A stretch of 64,000 nucleotides of DNA, taken from positions 104,238 to 168,237 of the forward strand of contig JAUWDY010000001.1 in NCBI GenBank assembly GCA_030608565.1, written 5' to 3'. This DNA comes from Candidatus Bathyarchaeota archaeon. GTDB taxonomy: Archaea; Thermoproteota; Bathyarchaeia; Bathyarchaeales; Bathyarchaeaceae. Below the pieces are notes generated by a model. That model had not been told where the DNA came from and did not search any database. It saw only the letters and a program-made list of their open reading frames with translations. Positions 18,362 to 29,094 of the stretch are shown one piece after another. Each line of letters starts with the position of its first letter. Within the stretch, counting starts at the first letter, position 1. Made by a program: the position numbers and the translations under genes.

Positions 18362-20450
18362 AGGTCATTAAGAAGTTTCCAAACCCATCTACTCTGGCCT
18401 TCCAGTTAGGATAGACAACTGTGGTAGCATCGTATTGCTCTATTACTGCTGGGCCACAGATCATATTTCCCGGCTTGAGTTTCTCTCTGACATACACGGG
18501 ACATTTCACATAATCTTTGTATTTCTCAAAGAACACATTCCGCGTAGTCAAAAGAGCCTCTGCAGGCGGCTCCCGCTCACATAGTTTTTGCTTCATCAAT
18601 TTAGGCTTCATCACGATGCCGACTGCGACAAGCCTAGCATTCACCAACTCGACATTTTCTTCTCTTACTGCATACCCATAGACGGCCTTATGTTTGCTAT
18701 GAAACCTTTCTATGACACTGTCAAATTCTTCTTTGGTTAATGGAGCAAGCACTGGAATGGTAAGCTCGTACCCTTGGCCAAAGTACCTCATGTCCAACTG
18801 TCGCAGAAACGTCATGTTGTCAGGTTTGATTCTCTGCGATTCCATTATTTTCATGCCTTCGGCTTGCAGTTTCCTAAACGTCGCTTTAATATCGCTTAGT
18901 TGAACATCTTTCACTGTTTTCATGATGGCTTTTACAAGGCTATAGGTGAAATCGGCTGTGAGGAGTCCAAGCGCTGAAAACAGGCCTGGATTAGTTGGTA
19001 CAATAATGCTGGATATGTGTAATTCTTCAGCGAGGGCGCAAGCGTGCATTGGACCGGCTCCACCAAAGGAGTTTAATGTGAATTGTCTCGGGTCGTGGCC
19101 ACGCTCCACCGAAACGATTCTTAGAATCTTAGCCATGGTTGAGTTTACTATTCTTATTATACCTGCAGCGGCATCAGCTAATTCGAAACCGGTTTTCTCA
19201 CAGATTTCTTTATCAATGAATTTTTGAGACAACTCTGGGAATGCTTTCATTCTTCCTCCAAGCATATAGTTGGGGTTAAGCCTTCCAAGAATTAGGTTAG
19301 CGTCGGTTACGGTGGGTTTCTCTCCGCCTTTTCCGTAGCAGGCTGGACCAGGATCAGCTCCTGCGCTTAGTGGGCCGACTCTTAAGGCTCCGCCTGTGTC
19401 AACCCAAGCGATTGTTCCTCCTCCGGCGCTGCACTCTGCTAGGTCTATGAAGGGGAATCTTACGGGGTATCCGCTTCCTTTCACAATTCTTCCGCTGTGG
19501 ACTTTGCCAGCCACTTCGTACTCTGTCACAACTTCTGGGATTCCGCCTTGTACGATTCCTGCCTTAGCGGTGGTTCCGCCCATGTCGAAGCTTACTATGT
19601 TCTTGATTTTGAGCATTTTTCCGTAGAAGGATGATGCTATGACGCCGGCTGCTGGGCCAGATTCAACCATGCTTACCGGTTTTTCAATAATCACATTTTT
19701 AGAAGCTATACCGCCACTGGACTGCATCACGCAAAGTGGACTGGAAACGCCTAGTTTTTGAGTTCTATCAGATAAATCGTTCATATAGACTGACACGATT
19801 GGCATTAGGCACGCGTTCACTACTGTCGTGCTTGTTCTCTCGAACTCGCGGTATTCAGGTGCAATTTCAGAGGAGCATGTTACAAAAATCTGTGGGCATG
19901 CCTCTTGAAGCATATTCTTGATTTCTTGCTCGTGCTTCGGGTTCATGTAAGAGTGAAGCAACGCGATTGCTACAGCTTTGATTTTCTCACGTTTCAACTC
20001 AACTGTAAGGGTCTGTGCATTCTCGGTGTTTAACGGCTCTAACACTTCACCTTCCGGCCCAATTCTTTCATTAACTTCGTACCTAAGCTTTCTGGGCATA
20101 AGCATCCGAGGCCTTTGAACGAAAAGGTTGTATAACTCATGCCTCCTCTGCCGACCTATTTCTAAAACGTCTCTAAATCCCTTCGTTGTGATCAACGCAG
20201 CTTTTGGGAGTTCAAGACCAAGCTGCCCAAGCAATGCATTTACTGCTATTGTTGTGGCATGCGTTATTGTGGAAATTTTTTCGGGTTCAACTCCTTTGAG
20301 AAACTGTTTAAAAACCTCGATAACCGCGTCTGCAGGCTTTTTTGGAGTTGAGGACTCCTTGAAATTCATTAGCTTACCGGTTTGTTCGTTCAGTGCAACT
20401 AAGTCTGTGAATGTACCTCCAATGTCTACACTGACTCTGTATTCTGGCAA
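18333..20450 (-). CDS. hydantoinase A / oxoprolinase family protein
   Basis: 705 aa. The N-terminus [13 protein letters not shown] is typical of HyuA. Confidence 0.9.
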   Translation of the reverse strand: MPEYRVSVDIGGTFTDLVALNEQTGKLMNFKESSTPKKPADAVIEVFKQFLKGVEPEKISTITHATTIAVNALLGQLGLELPKAALITTKGFRDVLEIGRQRRHELYNLFVQRPRMLMPRKLRYEVNERIGPEGEVLEPLNTENAQTLTVELKREKIKAVAIALLHSYMNPKHEQEIKNMLQEACPQIFVTCSSEIAPEYREFERTSTTVVNACLMPIVSVYMNDLSDRTQKLGVSSPLCVMQSSGGIASKNVIIEKPVSMVESGPAAGVIASSFYGKMLKIKNIVSFDMGGTTAKAGIVQGGIPEVVTEYEVAGKVHSGRIVKGSGYPVRFPFIDLAECSAGGGTIAWVDTGGALRVGPLSAGADPGPACYGKGGEKPTVTDANLILGRLNPNYMLGGRMKAFPELSQKFIDKEICEKTGFELADAAAGIIRIVNSTMAKILRIVSVERGHDPRQFTLNSFGGAGPMHACALAEELHISSIIVPTNPGLFSALGLLTADFTYSLVKAIMKTVKDVQLSDIKATFRKLQAEGMKIMESQRIKPDNMTFLRQLDMRYFGQGYELTIPVLAPLTKEEFDSVIERFHSKHKAVYGYAVREENVELVNARLVAVGIVMKPKLMKQKLCEREPPAEALLTTRNVFFEKYKDYVKCPVYVREKLKPGNMICGPAVIEQYDATTVVYPNWKARVDGFGNFLMTFAGGKQVES

Positions 20451-20549
20451 GCTTTTTCGTAACTCCCATATTGCCTTGGCGGCAACAACTCATAAATTTT
20501 AGATAAGTTTAGAAGGAAATTTTTTTCAATCGAAGAGACTGCGTTTTTG

Positions 20550-21578
20550 TCAGCCGAAATATTTTCTCATGTCCTCAAGCGCGGCTGATGGAACAGGTAA
20601 ATCCTTCATGGTCACCAAGCCTGGCGCTGCATTCATCACCTTGGGAATGGAGTTTACGATTATCGCTACGGTTCCTGAGTCGCCGTGTATGCATGGTGTT
20701 ATTTTCTCGTGGACGTTTGGCACTCCTTTGATAGTGATAGCATCGTATTCTTCTTTTGCGCCTATGTACGCTTGAAAATCGAGTGAGATGACTTCTTTCT
20801 CTTCCTTTATGCCTCTTGCACATTGTTTTAGGCCAGCTACTTGACCGGGTTCCACTTTAACTGCCTCGCTTTCCACATGTGTCTTAGCTATCACCGGCTC
20901 CACGGGGTCTACCTCTATCTTGTCAAGTTTCCATTTTAAGGCGTTGGCTATCATGGCTATAGATTGTGTAAGTCCGACATGTCCCGTGATGGTTTTCTTT
21001 TCTATTCTTTCTTTGAATTCGTTGACGGTGAGTCCTGCTCCTATTTTCTTTTGGAATGGAGCCCTCCGCGTGGCAGCGTTCATTATTCTAGTTGCCTTGA
21101 TTTGCTCGATTTCTTGGCATACGCTAGTGAGTGTGATGACGATGGTGTCCATGAGGAAACCGGGGTTTATGCCCGTACCTAAGACGGTTACGCTGTGTTC
21201 TCTTGCTAGTTTGTCAAGTTTTTCTGCTATTTCCGGTTCCGTGGCGTATGGATACGAAAGTTCTTCGCATGTGGATATCACGTTTGCTCCATGTTTTATG
21301 GCTGCTGCTATCTGTGAGTATGTTTGTTTGAGGAATGATGTAGTTGAGTGAATTACTACGTCAGCATTAGCCTTAGAAAGCACACCGTCAGGGTTATTGG
21401 ATACCGTGATTCCTAACCGTTTGCCGATGTCTAAAACGTCTCCTAGGTCTTTTCCAACCTTCTCTTTGGCAACATCGATGGCACCAACGATTTCTACTCC
21501 TTTCTTCTTTAGTAGGAGTTTGGCTATGCGGCTTCCCATGGCGCCGACACCGTATAGAACTATTCTCACGTTTTCCAT
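20550..21578 (-). CDS. DapB-like NAD(P)-dependent amine dehydrogenase family protein
   Basis: N-terminal Rossmann motif RIVLYGVGAMGSRI. 342 aa, with the architecture of the DapB-like amine dehydrogenase family. Confidence 0.6.
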   Translation of the reverse strand: MENVRIVLYGVGAMGSRIAKLLLKKKGVEIVGAIDVAKEKVGKDLGDVLDIGKRLGITVSNNPDGVLSKANADVVIHSTTSFLKQTYSQIAAAIKHGANVISTCEELSYPYATEPEIAEKLDKLAREHSVTVLGTGINPGFLMDTIVITLTSVCQEIEQIKATRIMNAATRRAPFQKKIGAGLTVNEFKERIEKKTITGHVGLTQSIAMIANALKWKLDKIEVDPVEPVIAKTHVESEAVKVEPGQVAGLKQCARGIKEEKEVISLDFQAYIGAKEEYDAITIKGVPNVHEKITPCIHGDSGTVAIIVNSIPKVMNAAPGLVTMKDLPVPSAALEDMRKYFG

Positions 21579-21700
21579 GGCTCAATCCTTCTTTTGTTAT
21601 GCGTAGCGTTTTACTCTGATATAGGTGTATTCTGTGTGTGCACGCATAAATATGTCAGATTTCATTTATGATTAGAAACTTTAAGGATTAAACGGGATGG

Positions 21701-22984
21701 TTGATGCGGCGTTCAGAATTATACTCAGCGAGCGTTATAGTACTATCAATAACCTCCATGGTCGAGAACATCGCAGGCGCCCTACCTATATCCTACTTCC
21801 CCTATTACGCAACCTCCTTAGGGGCTGAAATCTGGTTTATAGGAGTGTTCATAGCCGCCTTCATGGTTACAAGCGCATTTCTCTCTTCCCCGTTTGGAAG
21901 CCTCTCTGATCGAGCTGGCAGGAAGAAACTCATTCAAGCTGGACTACTAGCAGATGTTTTCCTAGGCATATTAACAGGTTTAGTTCCGAATTGGCAGACA
22001 CTCCTCATCATCAGAGCCCTAAACGGGGTAGCTACAGCAGCAGTTCGACCCGCAGCAGAAGCTTCCTTAATCGACCAAGTTCCAAAAAGACGAAAAGGCG
22101 AAGCCCTAGGATTCTTCCTAACCCTAACCATGGTAGGATGGTTCATAGGCCCCATCTTCGGTGGAACCATTCAATTCCTTTCAGAGACCACTTTAGGATT
22201 AACTTTAGAAAATAGTTACAGAATCCCATATTTTATAGATTCCTTGTTATCCGTAATCGCCATAGGATTAGTGACATGGAAGGTCAAAGAGACAAGAGGA
22301 AAAAAATCTGACTTGAAAAGAACAGAGGCCGAGGAAGAAGACGACTTCAAGCTTACTGGATGGATTCTACGTTCCATAAGAGTCCTGTACGTTACAACCC
22401 TGACTAACGGCTTCGCAGTAGGCTTCATCGCCCCAGTGGGCGTCCTCTTCCTAGCCGAGGTCTTCGGAGCCATAACCTTCCAGATCGGAGCAATCCTATC
22501 CATATCAGGGTTTGTAGGAATAGCATGCAATTTCTTCGCGGGCAAACTAGCCGATAAGTGGGGAAGAAAGCCAGTGATAACCATTGGAAGTCTATCATCC
22601 AGACTCGGATCGATAGCACTACCATTCGCCTCGAATCTTTGGCAAGCGACAGGAGTTATGGCGTTTAGATCCTTAGGGATAAACGTAAGCATGCCCGCGG
22701 GAAGAGCATTAAGAGCAGACCTTGCCCCTGCAAAAATAAGGGGAAAATTATTCGGAAGGTTCACTGCATTCTTCGACGTAGGCATGATTGCAGGAGTCCT
22801 CATAGGACCATGGCTCTTCCAGACGTTCCAATTCCAAGAATTTAGGATCGAATGGCTTGGAGGCCTGATAGTTAAAGGAGCAGGACTCCCATTTTTCCTA
22901 AGTGGAATAATAGGATTAATAGCTTTAGCACTTCTACTTGCCTTTGTTGAAGAACCGCAGAGAAAAGAAAAAGAAGATCGATAA
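21701..22984 (+). CDS. MFS transporter
   Basis: 427 aa, multi-TM. Loop motifs GSLSDRAGRKK and GKLADKWGRKP. Confidence 0.8.
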   Translation: MMRRSELYSASVIVLSITSMVENIAGALPISYFPYYATSLGAEIWFIGVFIAAFMVTSAFLSSPFGSLSDRAGRKKLIQAGLLADVFLGILTGLVPNWQTLLIIRALNGVATAAVRPAAEASLIDQVPKRRKGEALGFFLTLTMVGWFIGPIFGGTIQFLSETTLGLTLENSYRIPYFIDSLLSVIAIGLVTWKVKETRGKKSDLKRTEAEEEDDFKLTGWILRSIRVLYVTTLTNGFAVGFIAPVGVLFLAEVFGAITFQIGAILSISGFVGIACNFFAGKLADKWGRKPVITIGSLSSRLGSIALPFASNLWQATGVMAFRSLGINVSMPAGRALRADLAPAKIRGKLFGRFTAFFDVGMIAGVLIGPWLFQTFQFQEFRIEWLGGLIVKGAGLPFFLSGIIGLIALALLLAFVEEPQRKEKEDR

Positions 22985-23270
22985 TTATTGAAAATCAAAA
23001 CAGACAACGCACGCATTTCAATCATCCAGTTCATTGGTTTTGGTGCTCAAATTCGTTCAAAAACAATCATTTATTCACCATCGCAAAGGAGTCCACCATT
23101 GAAAACAAAGAATACCACAACACCGGTATTTTTCAGTTGAGGAGATTCAACGAATCAAGATCTACAAAGAAACAGCTTAAAACCAAAAAACCTTTCTCCC
23201 TCAGCTCTACAGCAACTCTATTCTACGTCGTCTATCCTCCACTCTCAAAACAGAGCCCTCCCAAAAAAAC

Positions 23271-23387
23271 CACGTAATCAAAGTGTGAACAGAGTTTTCA
23301 CTAGGCTTAGAAACAAAACACAACCTAAAAGTAACCCTGACACAAGCCATGATCCCCCCTAGGTAGGGGGGTCTATAAAGAGAGAGA
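23271..23387 (-). repeat. 117-bp repeat, copy A (inverted relative to copy B at 31603..31719)
   Basis: The hand-aligned reverse complement matches copy B over 117 nt with roughly a dozen differences. Contains TTTATAGA, then the C6-TACCTA-G6 palindrome, then a conserved segment of about 80 nt. Confidence 0.85.
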
Positions 23388-23407
23388 ATAAGAAACTGCA
23401 AAAAATT

Positions 23408-23447
23408 AGGGGGGGGCTATAGGGGGGTCTAATAAGAGAGAGACACC
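23408..23447 (-). repeat. partial third copy of the repeat's inner end
   Basis: The reverse complement GTGTCTCTCTCTTATTAGACCCCCC matches the start of copy B (31600-31623) nearly perfectly. It then diverges to CTATAG-C8. Confidence 0.7.
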
Positions 23448-23505
23448 CACAAATAACCTAACAAGCAAAAACGTTCAATTCTACTATTCACAAAACACCA
23501 ACAGA

Positions 23506-23985
23506 TCAAGCCATCCGCTTAATAAGATCGTTAATAACTTCACCCCTATACCCAGTAACTCCACCAGCAGCATAACTCTTTTTCACCTTACCTTTGAAAC
23601 CTTTCTTTGGCGGATGAAGACGAAACAGAGGCTTAACACCAGAAAGACTACTATACTCAACCTTCAACGCATAAATAGCCTCAGCCAAATCATCAATTGA
23701 TTCATAACCAATCCCTTGAACATACTGTTCAGTCAACTTCTTATTACCAACAAGCTTCCCTCTTTTCCTCAAAAGAAGCGCAACACCCTCTCTAGAAACC
23801 TCACCCCAAACCAAGTAATCCTTCGCTTTACGCAGCATACCCAAGTAGGAAGGACGATCATCAATCAATGTAGCATGACAATTCCGAGTTAGATGAAGCA
23901 TCTGAAGCGTTTCATCAATTTCTCGAAAAACGCCACTCAGCCCACGAACCCGAATAACCGCTAAACACTTCCGTTTCTCCTTCAT
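23506..23985 (-). CDS. rpl30: 50S ribosomal protein L30 (uL30)
   Basis: Translation LAVIRVRGLSGV... matches uL30. It holds the last position of the conserved spc-type order. Confidence 0.9.
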   Translation of the reverse strand: MKEKRKCLAVIRVRGLSGVFREIDETLQMLHLTRNCHATLIDDRPSYLGMLRKAKDYLVWGEVSREGVALLLRKRGKLVGNKKLTEQYVQGIGYESIDDLAEAIYALKVEYSSLSGVKPLFRLHPPKKGFKGKVKKSYAAGGVTGYRGEVINDLIKRMA

Positions 23986-24618
23986 TTACCCCACCCAATC
24001 ACTCGGCATGACGAGAGTATACGTTTTCCGAAGAGCCTCAAACACAGCATAAGCAAAGGAAGGAACAGTCTTAGTAGAACCATAGCTCCGCGTCCAACAA
24101 TCCTTAACCCCAGCAAGCCCCAAAATAACCTTAGCCGCTTCATTCGCAACAACACCTAAACCACGAGGACCCGGAATCAACACAACCTCCACTCCACCAC
24201 ACTTAGCTCGAACCCGAAACGGCAAAGAATGCGGTTTCCCACACCCACATTCCCAGCTTCCACAACCTCGACGAATAAGAGTAACGTTAAGACGCGCATC
24301 CACCGCGCCTCTCTCAATAGCATTACGCACCTGCTTCGCCTTTCCTGAACCTAAACCCACATAGCCATCGCGGTTTCCAACAGCCACAATCGCCTTAAAT
24401 CGAGATTTCTCTCCAGCATCAGTTTGCTTTTGCACCAAATTTATGTCAATAACTTCTTCTTGCAGATCTGGAAGAAGAACATCCACTATTTCCGGTTCAC
24501 GTATTTTCAGCCCTTCCATAAACACTTCTTCAATAGAAGAGATATGGCCTTCAAGAATCATTTTCCCCAGCCTTGTACGAGGCTTCCACCCCGCCACCTT
24601 TTCCTCCGTGGATCTCAT
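23986..24618 (-). CDS. rps5: 30S ribosomal protein S5 (uS5)
   Basis: 210 aa. The uS5 pattern (VAVGNRDGYVGLGSGKA) and gene order. Confidence 0.95.
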   Translation of the reverse strand: MRSTEEKVAGWKPRTRLGKMILEGHISSIEEVFMEGLKIREPEIVDVLLPDLQEEVIDINLVQKQTDAGEKSRFKAIVAVGNRDGYVGLGSGKAKQVRNAIERGAVDARLNVTLIRRGCGSWECGCGKPHSLPFRVRAKCGGVEVVLIPGPRGLGVVANEAAKVILGLAGVKDCWTRSYGSTKTVPSFAYAVFEALRKTYTLVMPSDWVG

Positions 24619-25217
24619 GCTTTTTCCTCCTTAAATGAAGAAACAATTTTCTCCTTCGTCAAAGAAAAATGTTCAGAAAGTTGTTCAGGACGCAAACCCT
24701 TTGACAACTGTTTAGAAAACAATTTCTGATAGGCATCCAAGTTTGAAGATAATTGATTTGCATAATCGACAACATGCTCCCCACATATTCTTTTTCCGTC
24801 CGGCAGCATCTTTTCATCATGTGGAACCATCATACCAGCGTCAAGAACCCCCTTTAACACAGCAAAAACTCGCGAGCCTCGGGAAGGACACTGCAAACCT
24901 ATATCCAAAACAGCCTTTTTCACGCCATGGACAATTGCTCTGCAACCGCACAAAAGCCCAGTCAAATAAGCCGCTGGAACGTTTTTGCAACTGCCTTGCC
25001 ATCCATAAGTTTTCATCAGTTCGCAGGAGTGAGCAGACGCAATGACCACATCGCCACTTGTCTTGGCTTCAATGACTTGGGCGATAGTATGCTTTAACGT
25101 CCCGCGAGCTATTAATCGAGGCAACCTAGACAAAACAAGAGCTCTTCTTGAATGATAGTCAGTTTTTCCTTCTCTCCGTCTGCGGAAGGGTACACGATAG
25201 CTGGGTCCTGTGGCCAT
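24615..25217 (-). CDS. rpl18: 50S ribosomal protein L18 (uL18)
   Basis: N-terminal YRVPFRRRREGKTDY is typical of archaeal uL18. Confidence 0.95.
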   Translation of the reverse strand: MATGPSYRVPFRRRREGKTDYHSRRALVLSRLPRLIARGTLKHTIAQVIEAKTSGDVVIASAHSCELMKTYGWQGSCKNVPAAYLTGLLCGCRAIVHGVKKAVLDIGLQCPSRGSRVFAVLKGVLDAGMMVPHDEKMLPDGKRICGEHVVDYANQLSSNLDAYQKLFSKQLSKGLRPEQLSEHFSLTKEKIVSSFKEEKA

Positions 25218-25669
25218 TACTGTTTCCTCCCTAAACCACGGGTTTTGATGTGACGTTCCAAGTCTGCTGTTGACTCAAATACTCCACTTCCAGCTTTGTT
25301 GTAGAGTTTACGATAAACGCTTTTCGTGATCACACGGCTTGTTTTCAGTTCACGCAACTTTTTTCGCAACGCTCGGATTTTTTTCATCCACCTTCGCTTC
25401 TTAGAAATCCTTGCATGAGTCGACCCACTTTTTCGACCTGGGCCCCTCCTTAATCCTTTCTTTTTCTTTTCATGCAAAACCCGTGCACGAGCACGACTAA
25501 TACCCTTTTTGGGTCGAGGTTGAATGATCTCTTCATGGATTAGCCTTCTGATTTCCTGCCTAGTAATTGCTGCCTCAACATCCTCTATTCGATCAGGGTC
25601 TATCCAAACTCGCCCCTCACCAACATTGAGAAGCTCGGCAGCTAATCGGCGTTGACTTCTAAGACTCAA
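25217..25669 (-). CDS. rpl19e: 50S ribosomal protein L19e
   Basis: [20 protein letters not shown] is typical of eL19. Confidence 0.95.
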   Translation of the reverse strand: MSLRSQRRLAAELLNVGEGRVWIDPDRIEDVEAAITRQEIRRLIHEEIIQPRPKKGISRARARVLHEKKKKGLRRGPGRKSGSTHARISKKRRWMKKIRALRKKLRELKTSRVITKSVYRKLYNKAGSGVFESTADLERHIKTRGLGRKQ

Positions 25670-26154
25670 TTCTTTTCGCTCCGTTTATGCTGTTCAGCCT
25701 TCTCCTCTTTTTTCTCCTTCTCTTCTTCCTCGACTTCTTCAAGTTCTTTCATTTCTCTGGGATTTAGAATGTGAATTCCTCGTTCCTCGGCTCTGGCAGA
25801 GATTTCAACTCGTTTTCTCGCTCCCACAGTGCGAGCAATTCTGATGGCTTGCGTTTTAGGATCAACTTTTTCAACATCATCTACGTTATATACTAAAGCC
25901 TCTGCATATCCCGATGGGTGAAGACCTCTAGTTTTCTTTGGACCACGATAACCAACTTCCACGGATCGGGGCCAGCCCTTTACCTTCTTCCGCATTTTAC
26001 TGTCTATGCCACGTGGTCTCCGCCAACTTTCTTCTACTCTCTTGTATCGCCAACTTTCTTGTCGCCTAAAATCGGGTTTCTTATCTTTAATGCGTTCTCG
26101 CTTTCTTAAAGCTCGCTCTTTGGCGAACGTCTCTGGTTTTTTCTCGCTTTTCAT
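25666..26154 (-). CDS. rpl32e: 50S ribosomal protein L32e
   Basis: [13 protein letters not shown] and [15 protein letters not shown] are typical of eL32. Lys/Glu-rich terminal extensions. Confidence 0.9.
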   Translation of the reverse strand: MKSEKKPETFAKERALRKRERIKDKKPDFRRQESWRYKRVEESWRRPRGIDSKMRKKVKGWPRSVEVGYRGPKKTRGLHPSGYAEALVYNVDDVEKVDPKTQAIRIARTVGARKRVEISARAEERGIHILNPREMKELEEVEEEEKEKKEEKAEQHKRSEKN

Positions 26155-26699
26155 TCTTTCATCCCCTCATGCCGCTCGTAAGTGTAGATGCCGTCAAGGA
26201 ACACCCGGGGGTCTTTTTTCTTAATTTTGGTTGCTCTTTCGATGTTTGCAGCGGTTTGGCTGACATCCTCGATGTTGATTCCTTGTACAGTTACGTCATC
26301 GCCCTTTGGCATAACCTTGGCGTCACCCATTATTTTGGCTATGCGTGGGCTTCGTTCCCCTGTAAAGTTTTCGATAGTCACTGTTTTTTCTCTAACTTTG
26401 ACAGATATTGGGAAGTGTGAGAACACGATTTTGAGTTTGTAAGTAAATCCCTTAGTCACCCCTATCATCATGTTTTGAATATGAGAGCAGATCGTTCCCA
26501 CGAGAGCTGCTTCTCTTTTGCGAGGCCAGCTCGCTCGAATCTTTATCAAATCTTCTTCTAATTGAACAGATACGGAGGCATGAGAAAAGTCTCGCGTTAG
26601 TGTTCCCTTTTCACCCTTAACCATTACAACTCTTCCCTCTACTTTAACGTCCACCTCTTCAGGAATTTCGATCGATCTAACCGCCTCAATGACGCGCAT
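26151..26699 (-). CDS. rpl6: 50S ribosomal protein L6 (uL6)
   Basis: 182 aa, with the uL6 two-domain pattern and the expected gene order. Confidence 0.95.
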   Translation of the reverse strand: MRVIEAVRSIEIPEEVDVKVEGRVVMVKGEKGTLTRDFSHASVSVQLEEDLIKIRASWPRKREAALVGTICSHIQNMMIGVTKGFTYKLKIVFSHFPISVKVREKTVTIENFTGERSPRIAKIMGDAKVMPKGDDVTVQGINIEDVSQTAANIERATKIKKKDPRVFLDGIYTYERHEGMKE

Positions 26700-26710
26700 T
26701 CACAGTTCCC

Positions 26711-27103
26711 CTAATAGATAAAAGCAAGGAGTCTCCCCCCGATTTTTTCCTTCTTAACCTTCCGATGAGCCAGCACTCCCTTGGAAGTGGAAACCACGAG
26801 AACACCGATGTCTCTGGATGGGAGAAAACGTTTCTCCCAAGTTTCAAATTCATTTGATCTCACAGGAAAACGGGGTTTTACGGCGCCGCATTTGTTTATA
26901 CGACCAAGAAGCTGTATCTTGAACTTTCCGGAACGCCCGTCCTCCACAAATTCAAATTCGCCGATATACCCATTCAGTTGCATAATCCTCAAAACGCGCC
27001 CCAAGAGCTTAGAGGCTGGACTAATTATGCATTCACGCTTATTTCGCATCTCATTGTTCATAATGGTCGTCAACCCATTAGCAAGAGTATCTACAGGTGT
27101 CAA
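26711..27103 (-). CDS. rps8: 30S ribosomal protein S8 (uS8)
   Basis: DTLANGLTTIMNNE and the C-terminal GGRLLAFIY. Confidence 0.95.
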   Translation of the reverse strand: MTPVDTLANGLTTIMNNEMRNKRECIISPASKLLGRVLRIMQLNGYIGEFEFVEDGRSGKFKIQLLGRINKCGAVKPRFPVRSNEFETWEKRFLPSRDIGVLVVSTSKGVLAHRKVKKEKIGGRLLAFIY

Positions 27104-27117
27104 TTTTCCAGCGCCTC

Positions 27118-27282
27118 CTACTCATACTTTTTGAACCCAAGTTTTTCAGCGACCTCTCTAAAACATTGGCGACATAAATACAGTCCATGCCGACGAATGA
27201 TTGCTCCATAGGAGCCACATCGTCTGCATGGGCGGCTACCCTTACCGTATTTTCGCTCTTTTTTTGGCTTCTGTTTTCCCAT
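27118..27282 (-). CDS. rps14: 30S ribosomal protein S14 type Z (uS14), not in ORF track
   Basis: Manual translation: [54 protein letters not shown] (54 aa, CxxC...CxxC). The track ORF 27078..27350 is in the wrong frame. Confidence 0.9.
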   Translation of the reverse strand: MGKQKPKKERKYGKGSRPCRRCGSYGAIIRRHGLYLCRQCFREVAEKLGFKKYE

Positions 27283-27297
27283 CCGAGTGCCCTCAGC

Positions 27298-27879
27298 TTA
27301 TACGATTTCAACTCCAAATTCATCTTTAATAAATAGCATCGCATCATCAAGTGTCAATAAGTGGTCTAGTCCAACTTTAGATCGAGCACGATGCCTCCGT
27401 TTAACGCGATATCCGGGTCTACCAAGAGTAACTGAAACATCCATGCCATATATGCCGAGTTCTGGCACGTATTTGGTGCCAGGTATCTCTATATGTTCCT
27501 TAATGCCGAAAGAAAAGTTTCCGTGACGGTCAAAACAGTCCTTTGAAAGTTTATTATCAACAGTATGAAAAGCTTTCTGAAGAAAATTCTTCGCTTTTTC
27601 CTTCCGAAGAGTCACAACACAAGCGATCGGTTCTCCTTTTCTGATACCAAAATCCCGTATTGTTTTCTTGGCCTTCCGCTTACAAGGCGTTTGTTCAGTC
27701 AGTTTCTCAAGAACCTTTGATGCCTTTTCAAGAGGCTCTCCAGACTTTCCGACAGAAATATTGACGGTTACTTTTTCAATTTTGGATTTAAGCATCGGAT
27801 CTTCACGCCATCTCTTGCGAATTTCTTCTTCTGACAAATCAATTATCCTCCGGCAAAGATATCCACGGCCGGGTATCAC
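27298..27879 (-). CDS. rpl5: 50S ribosomal protein L5 (uL5)
   Basis: IEKVTVNISVGKSG and YGMDVSVTL match the uL5 pattern. The annotated start overlaps S4e by 41 nt, so the true start may be internal. Confidence 0.9.
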   Translation of the reverse strand: MIPGRGYLCRRIIDLSEEEIRKRWREDPMLKSKIEKVTVNISVGKSGEPLEKASKVLEKLTEQTPCKRKAKKTIRDFGIRKGEPIACVVTLRKEKAKNFLQKAFHTVDNKLSKDCFDRHGNFSFGIKEHIEIPGTKYVPELGIYGMDVSVTLGRPGYRVKRRHRARSKVGLDHLLTLDDAMLFIKDEFGVEIV

Positions 27880-28597
27880 CAGTAGCGAAAATGAAATTAA
27901 GAGTTGTTTGGAAGCGATTTCCGTTTTCGTCTTCGATAGTAACCAGCGAGCCTCTGCGTTTTTGGCCTGAGCGCTTTTCTACGGTAACGATCTTGCCGTA
28001 TTTACCCACGTTTTTTCCTCCAATAATAATTGCGTGCATGTCTTTACCTAGCTTCAGGTGTGCAGTAATTTCTTGACTAGGGACACTTGTTTTCAAAACA
28101 TCTAATGTTTGATAGACATCTTTTTCAGGTTTTTGGGGGTCTTCCACTTGAACCTGTATGTTTCTTCCATCATGAAGATTAAGCTGCATATGTCCGCCTT
28201 TGATGACAGTTTTGTTTTCGATTCTACAGAGTTTGAATAGTGCCTCCTCGGGTCCAATGGAATGAAGAAACAACCCTTTTTCAGAGGGTAAAATTCGATA
28301 CGTTTTTTTCATCTCAGGTATGGAAATGACGTCCATTAGGCCTGTTGGAAAAAGTTCCTCCAGTTGTAATTTTCCGTTGACTTCTATCTTTCCTTGGGAA
28401 ATTATCGTTTTTGCTTCTTTTCGTGTTTTTGCGAATCCAAGAATATCACGGACAATAAGTGCAAGTGGCATGCAACGTGAAGTTGGGTGAGGCCCCGGCT
28501 TAGGTCTAACTACCCAAACGAATTCTTTTCGATGGATGGGCCAAAATTTTGGAGCTGGTTTTCGTTTTAAGTGTTTTTTTCCGCCTTTTTTCCCCAA
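27839..28597 (-). CDS. rps4e: 30S ribosomal protein S4e
   Basis: MGKKGGKKHLKRKPAPKFWPIHRKE is typical of eS4. Confidence 0.95.
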   Translation of the reverse strand: MGKKGGKKHLKRKPAPKFWPIHRKEFVWVVRPKPGPHPTSRCMPLALIVRDILGFAKTRKEAKTIISQGKIEVNGKLQLEELFPTGLMDVISIPEMKKTYRILPSEKGLFLHSIGPEEALFKLCRIENKTVIKGGHMQLNLHDGRNIQVQVEDPQKPEKDVYQTLDVLKTSVPSQEITAHLKLGKDMHAIIIGGKNVGKYGKIVTVEKRSGQKRRGSLVTIEDENGNRFQTTLNFIFATGDTRPWISLPEDN

Positions 28598-28598
28598 T

Positions 28599-29081
28599 TT
28601 ACGTTCCTCTGGTTTTTGCCGTAGTTTTGCGAGTTCCCTTTTTCTTTCTTTTCTGCTGGGCTTTCGCAGGTTTTAGCTCTGTTTCTTCCGCGGCCGTCTC
28701 TTTTGGTAACTCTATTTTTTCGCCGACGCCTTTTCGTTTCAGTGCTTCTCTGCGCCACTTGTCATCAAGATTCAGACGGGTAATTCTCACCTTAGACGGA
28801 TGAATAGGGATGGGCATTGAAGTTCCGTCTACTTTCTCCCGTGTTACTCCTTCAACAAAGATTCTATACTTCGTTCGGTTAACTCCGGTGACTTTCCCTT
28901 CAAATCCCTTGCGGTCTCCCCTCATAATATGAACAGTGTCGCCCATTCTCACCGGAATCGAGTTGGTGTTGTGGGACGTTTTTAGCTTCGATGAAAGAGC
29001 AGCAGAGAATTGTTTGTATCGTTTATGCAGAGGAGCTTGATACAATCTTTTGTGCTGTTTTCTAGGTTTTGTTGTTTTCAC
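28599..29081 (-). CDS. rpl24: 50S ribosomal protein L24 (uL24) with Lys-rich C-terminal extension
   Basis: KOW motif GDTVHIMRGDRKGFEGKV. The C-terminal 40 aa are basic and low-complexity. Confidence 0.9.
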   Translation of the reverse strand: MKTTKPRKQHKRLYQAPLHKRYKQFSAALSSKLKTSHNTNSIPVRMGDTVHIMRGDRKGFEGKVTGVNRTKYRIFVEGVTREKVDGTSMPIPIHPSKVRITRLNLDDKWRREALKRKGVGEKIELPKETAAEETELKPAKAQQKRKKKGTRKTTAKTRGT

Positions 29082-29094
29082 TTCTTCCAGCTTC

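Noticed and set aside
22216-23034. 272-aa ORF antisense to the MFS transporter 21701..22984.
   Set aside because: It is a mirror-frame ORF opposite a convincing multi-TM transporter. It is low-complexity (Ser/Pro/Ala/Lys rich) with no motifs.
23207-23401. Small ORF inside the repeat: MACVRVTFRLCFVSK... in copy A, with a 26-codon counterpart at 31640-31720 in copy B.
   Set aside because: Every nucleotide difference between the two copies within the shared 26 codons changes the amino acid (P/S, H/Y, T/A, T/V). The C-termini and lengths also differ. That pattern argues against a conserved protein, so it is treated as non-coding repeat sequence.
27078-27350. Track ORF of 90 aa between S8 and L5.
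   Set aside because: It is the wrong frame. The same interval encodes a textbook 54-aa S14 (type Z) at 27118..27282.
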